Of a DNA stretch of 64,000 bases, positions 63,406 through 64,000 are shown piece by piece. Position numbers and translations under genes: made by a program. Below the pieces are notes generated by a model. That model was not told the origin of the DNA, searched no databases, and worked only from the letters and a program-made list of their open reading frames with translations. Origin of the DNA: Takakia lepidozioides. Its lineage: Eukaryota > Plantae > Bryophyta. The DNA lies in NCBI GenBank assembly GCA_030704615.1, contig CM060732.1, positions 64,480,001 to 64,544,000 on the forward strand, given 5' to 3'. The number at the start of each line of letters is the position of its first letter. The first letter of the stretch is position 1.

Positions 63406-64000
63406 TGGCCTCCCAGGCCATGGGCTCCCTTGACACGGACTTCTTCAGTGAGGACCACCCTGTGCCATTTTCTTACGAGGTGGAAGATGATGGTTTTGCG
63501 GTGGTGCATGAACTCGTCCTCGCAACGCAGTTTCGGTTGGAAAATGGAAGTCTATTCGTTCAGAGGGAAGTGTACGATGCCAATGGAAAACTGCTCAAGT
63601 ACGCGTTCCAGAAACCTTCGCATATTGCACCAACCACACAATGGAGAGTGCCTCCAGGCAGATACAGGGTGCTTAGTGCTCCTCTGAGACAGTCTGCAGG
63701 ATCGTTCGTAACTCCTGGCACGGCAACATCAGTGGCCCAGGAGAAAACACCCGTGGTTGTCAAGAAGGAGACGAGTAGCGTTAACACTGTGGTTGAGCTT
63801 TCGGACTCATCCTCCGATGACACATGTGCAATACCGCCCGTGGATCAGCCATGTCCACATGTAGAAGCAGATGTGGAGGAGATCACCAGTGTCATTCCTA
63901 AACTGAAAGCCATGGGTGGGATGGCAGGATTCAAGAGTGAGTTGAGGGGGATAGACTGGAGCACTTTCAATATTCAGAGGGTGGCATTCTTACCAGAATC
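63406..64000 (+). CDS. MULE-1 transposase, copy 2, 5' part (runs off the window; upstream region deleted)
   Basis: MASQAMGSLDTDFFSEDHP..., matching 24447-25042. Confidence 0.8.

Larger units (their letters stand above)
50669..64000 (+). repeat. Segmental duplication, copy 2 (continues beyond the window)
   Basis: Near-identical to 11153-25042, with indels. Confidence 0.97.
57712..64000. mobile_element. MULE-1, duplicate copy (partial in window)
   Basis: Same left flank and TSD (57703-57711); about 1.1-kb deletion at about 63315. Confidence 0.9.

Overview
This is eukaryotic, transposon-rich DNA from a land plant; a non-seed plant such as a bryophyte is my guess from gene style only. Host-type genes: a bestrophin/VCCN-like exon, two near-identical 4-exon COMT-family O-methyltransferases, and two disabled copies of a DnaJ/DUF3752-type gene. 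Mobile DNA: a Ty3/gypsy-like gag region beside chimeric, intronless captured gene fragments (PAS, glycolate oxidase, TruA), stacked hAT MITEs, a Ty1/copia remnant, and three related Mutator-like (MULE) families whose transposases have GCM-like and DDE domains (SWIM retained in two). The main finding is a 10.8-kb MULE with degenerate termini (17819-28604, 9-bp TSD GTTTGAACG). It carries a divergently transcribed, spliced gene encoding a ParB/Srx-like (DGNHR) domain fused to a beta-class N6/N4 DNA amino-methyltransferase fold. About 17 copies of a 22-28-bp palindrome sit in that gene's introns and downstream of the transposase. A sister MULE family carries a different palindrome array, suggesting a family-specific ParB/parS-like, methylase-linked self-recognition system (inference). 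Large-scale structure: a >13-kb direct duplication (11153-25042 vs 50669-64000) and a 12.4-kb inverted repeat (36803-49229) that folds back at one of the MULE palindromes. All domain calls come from reading motifs by eye, without database searches.
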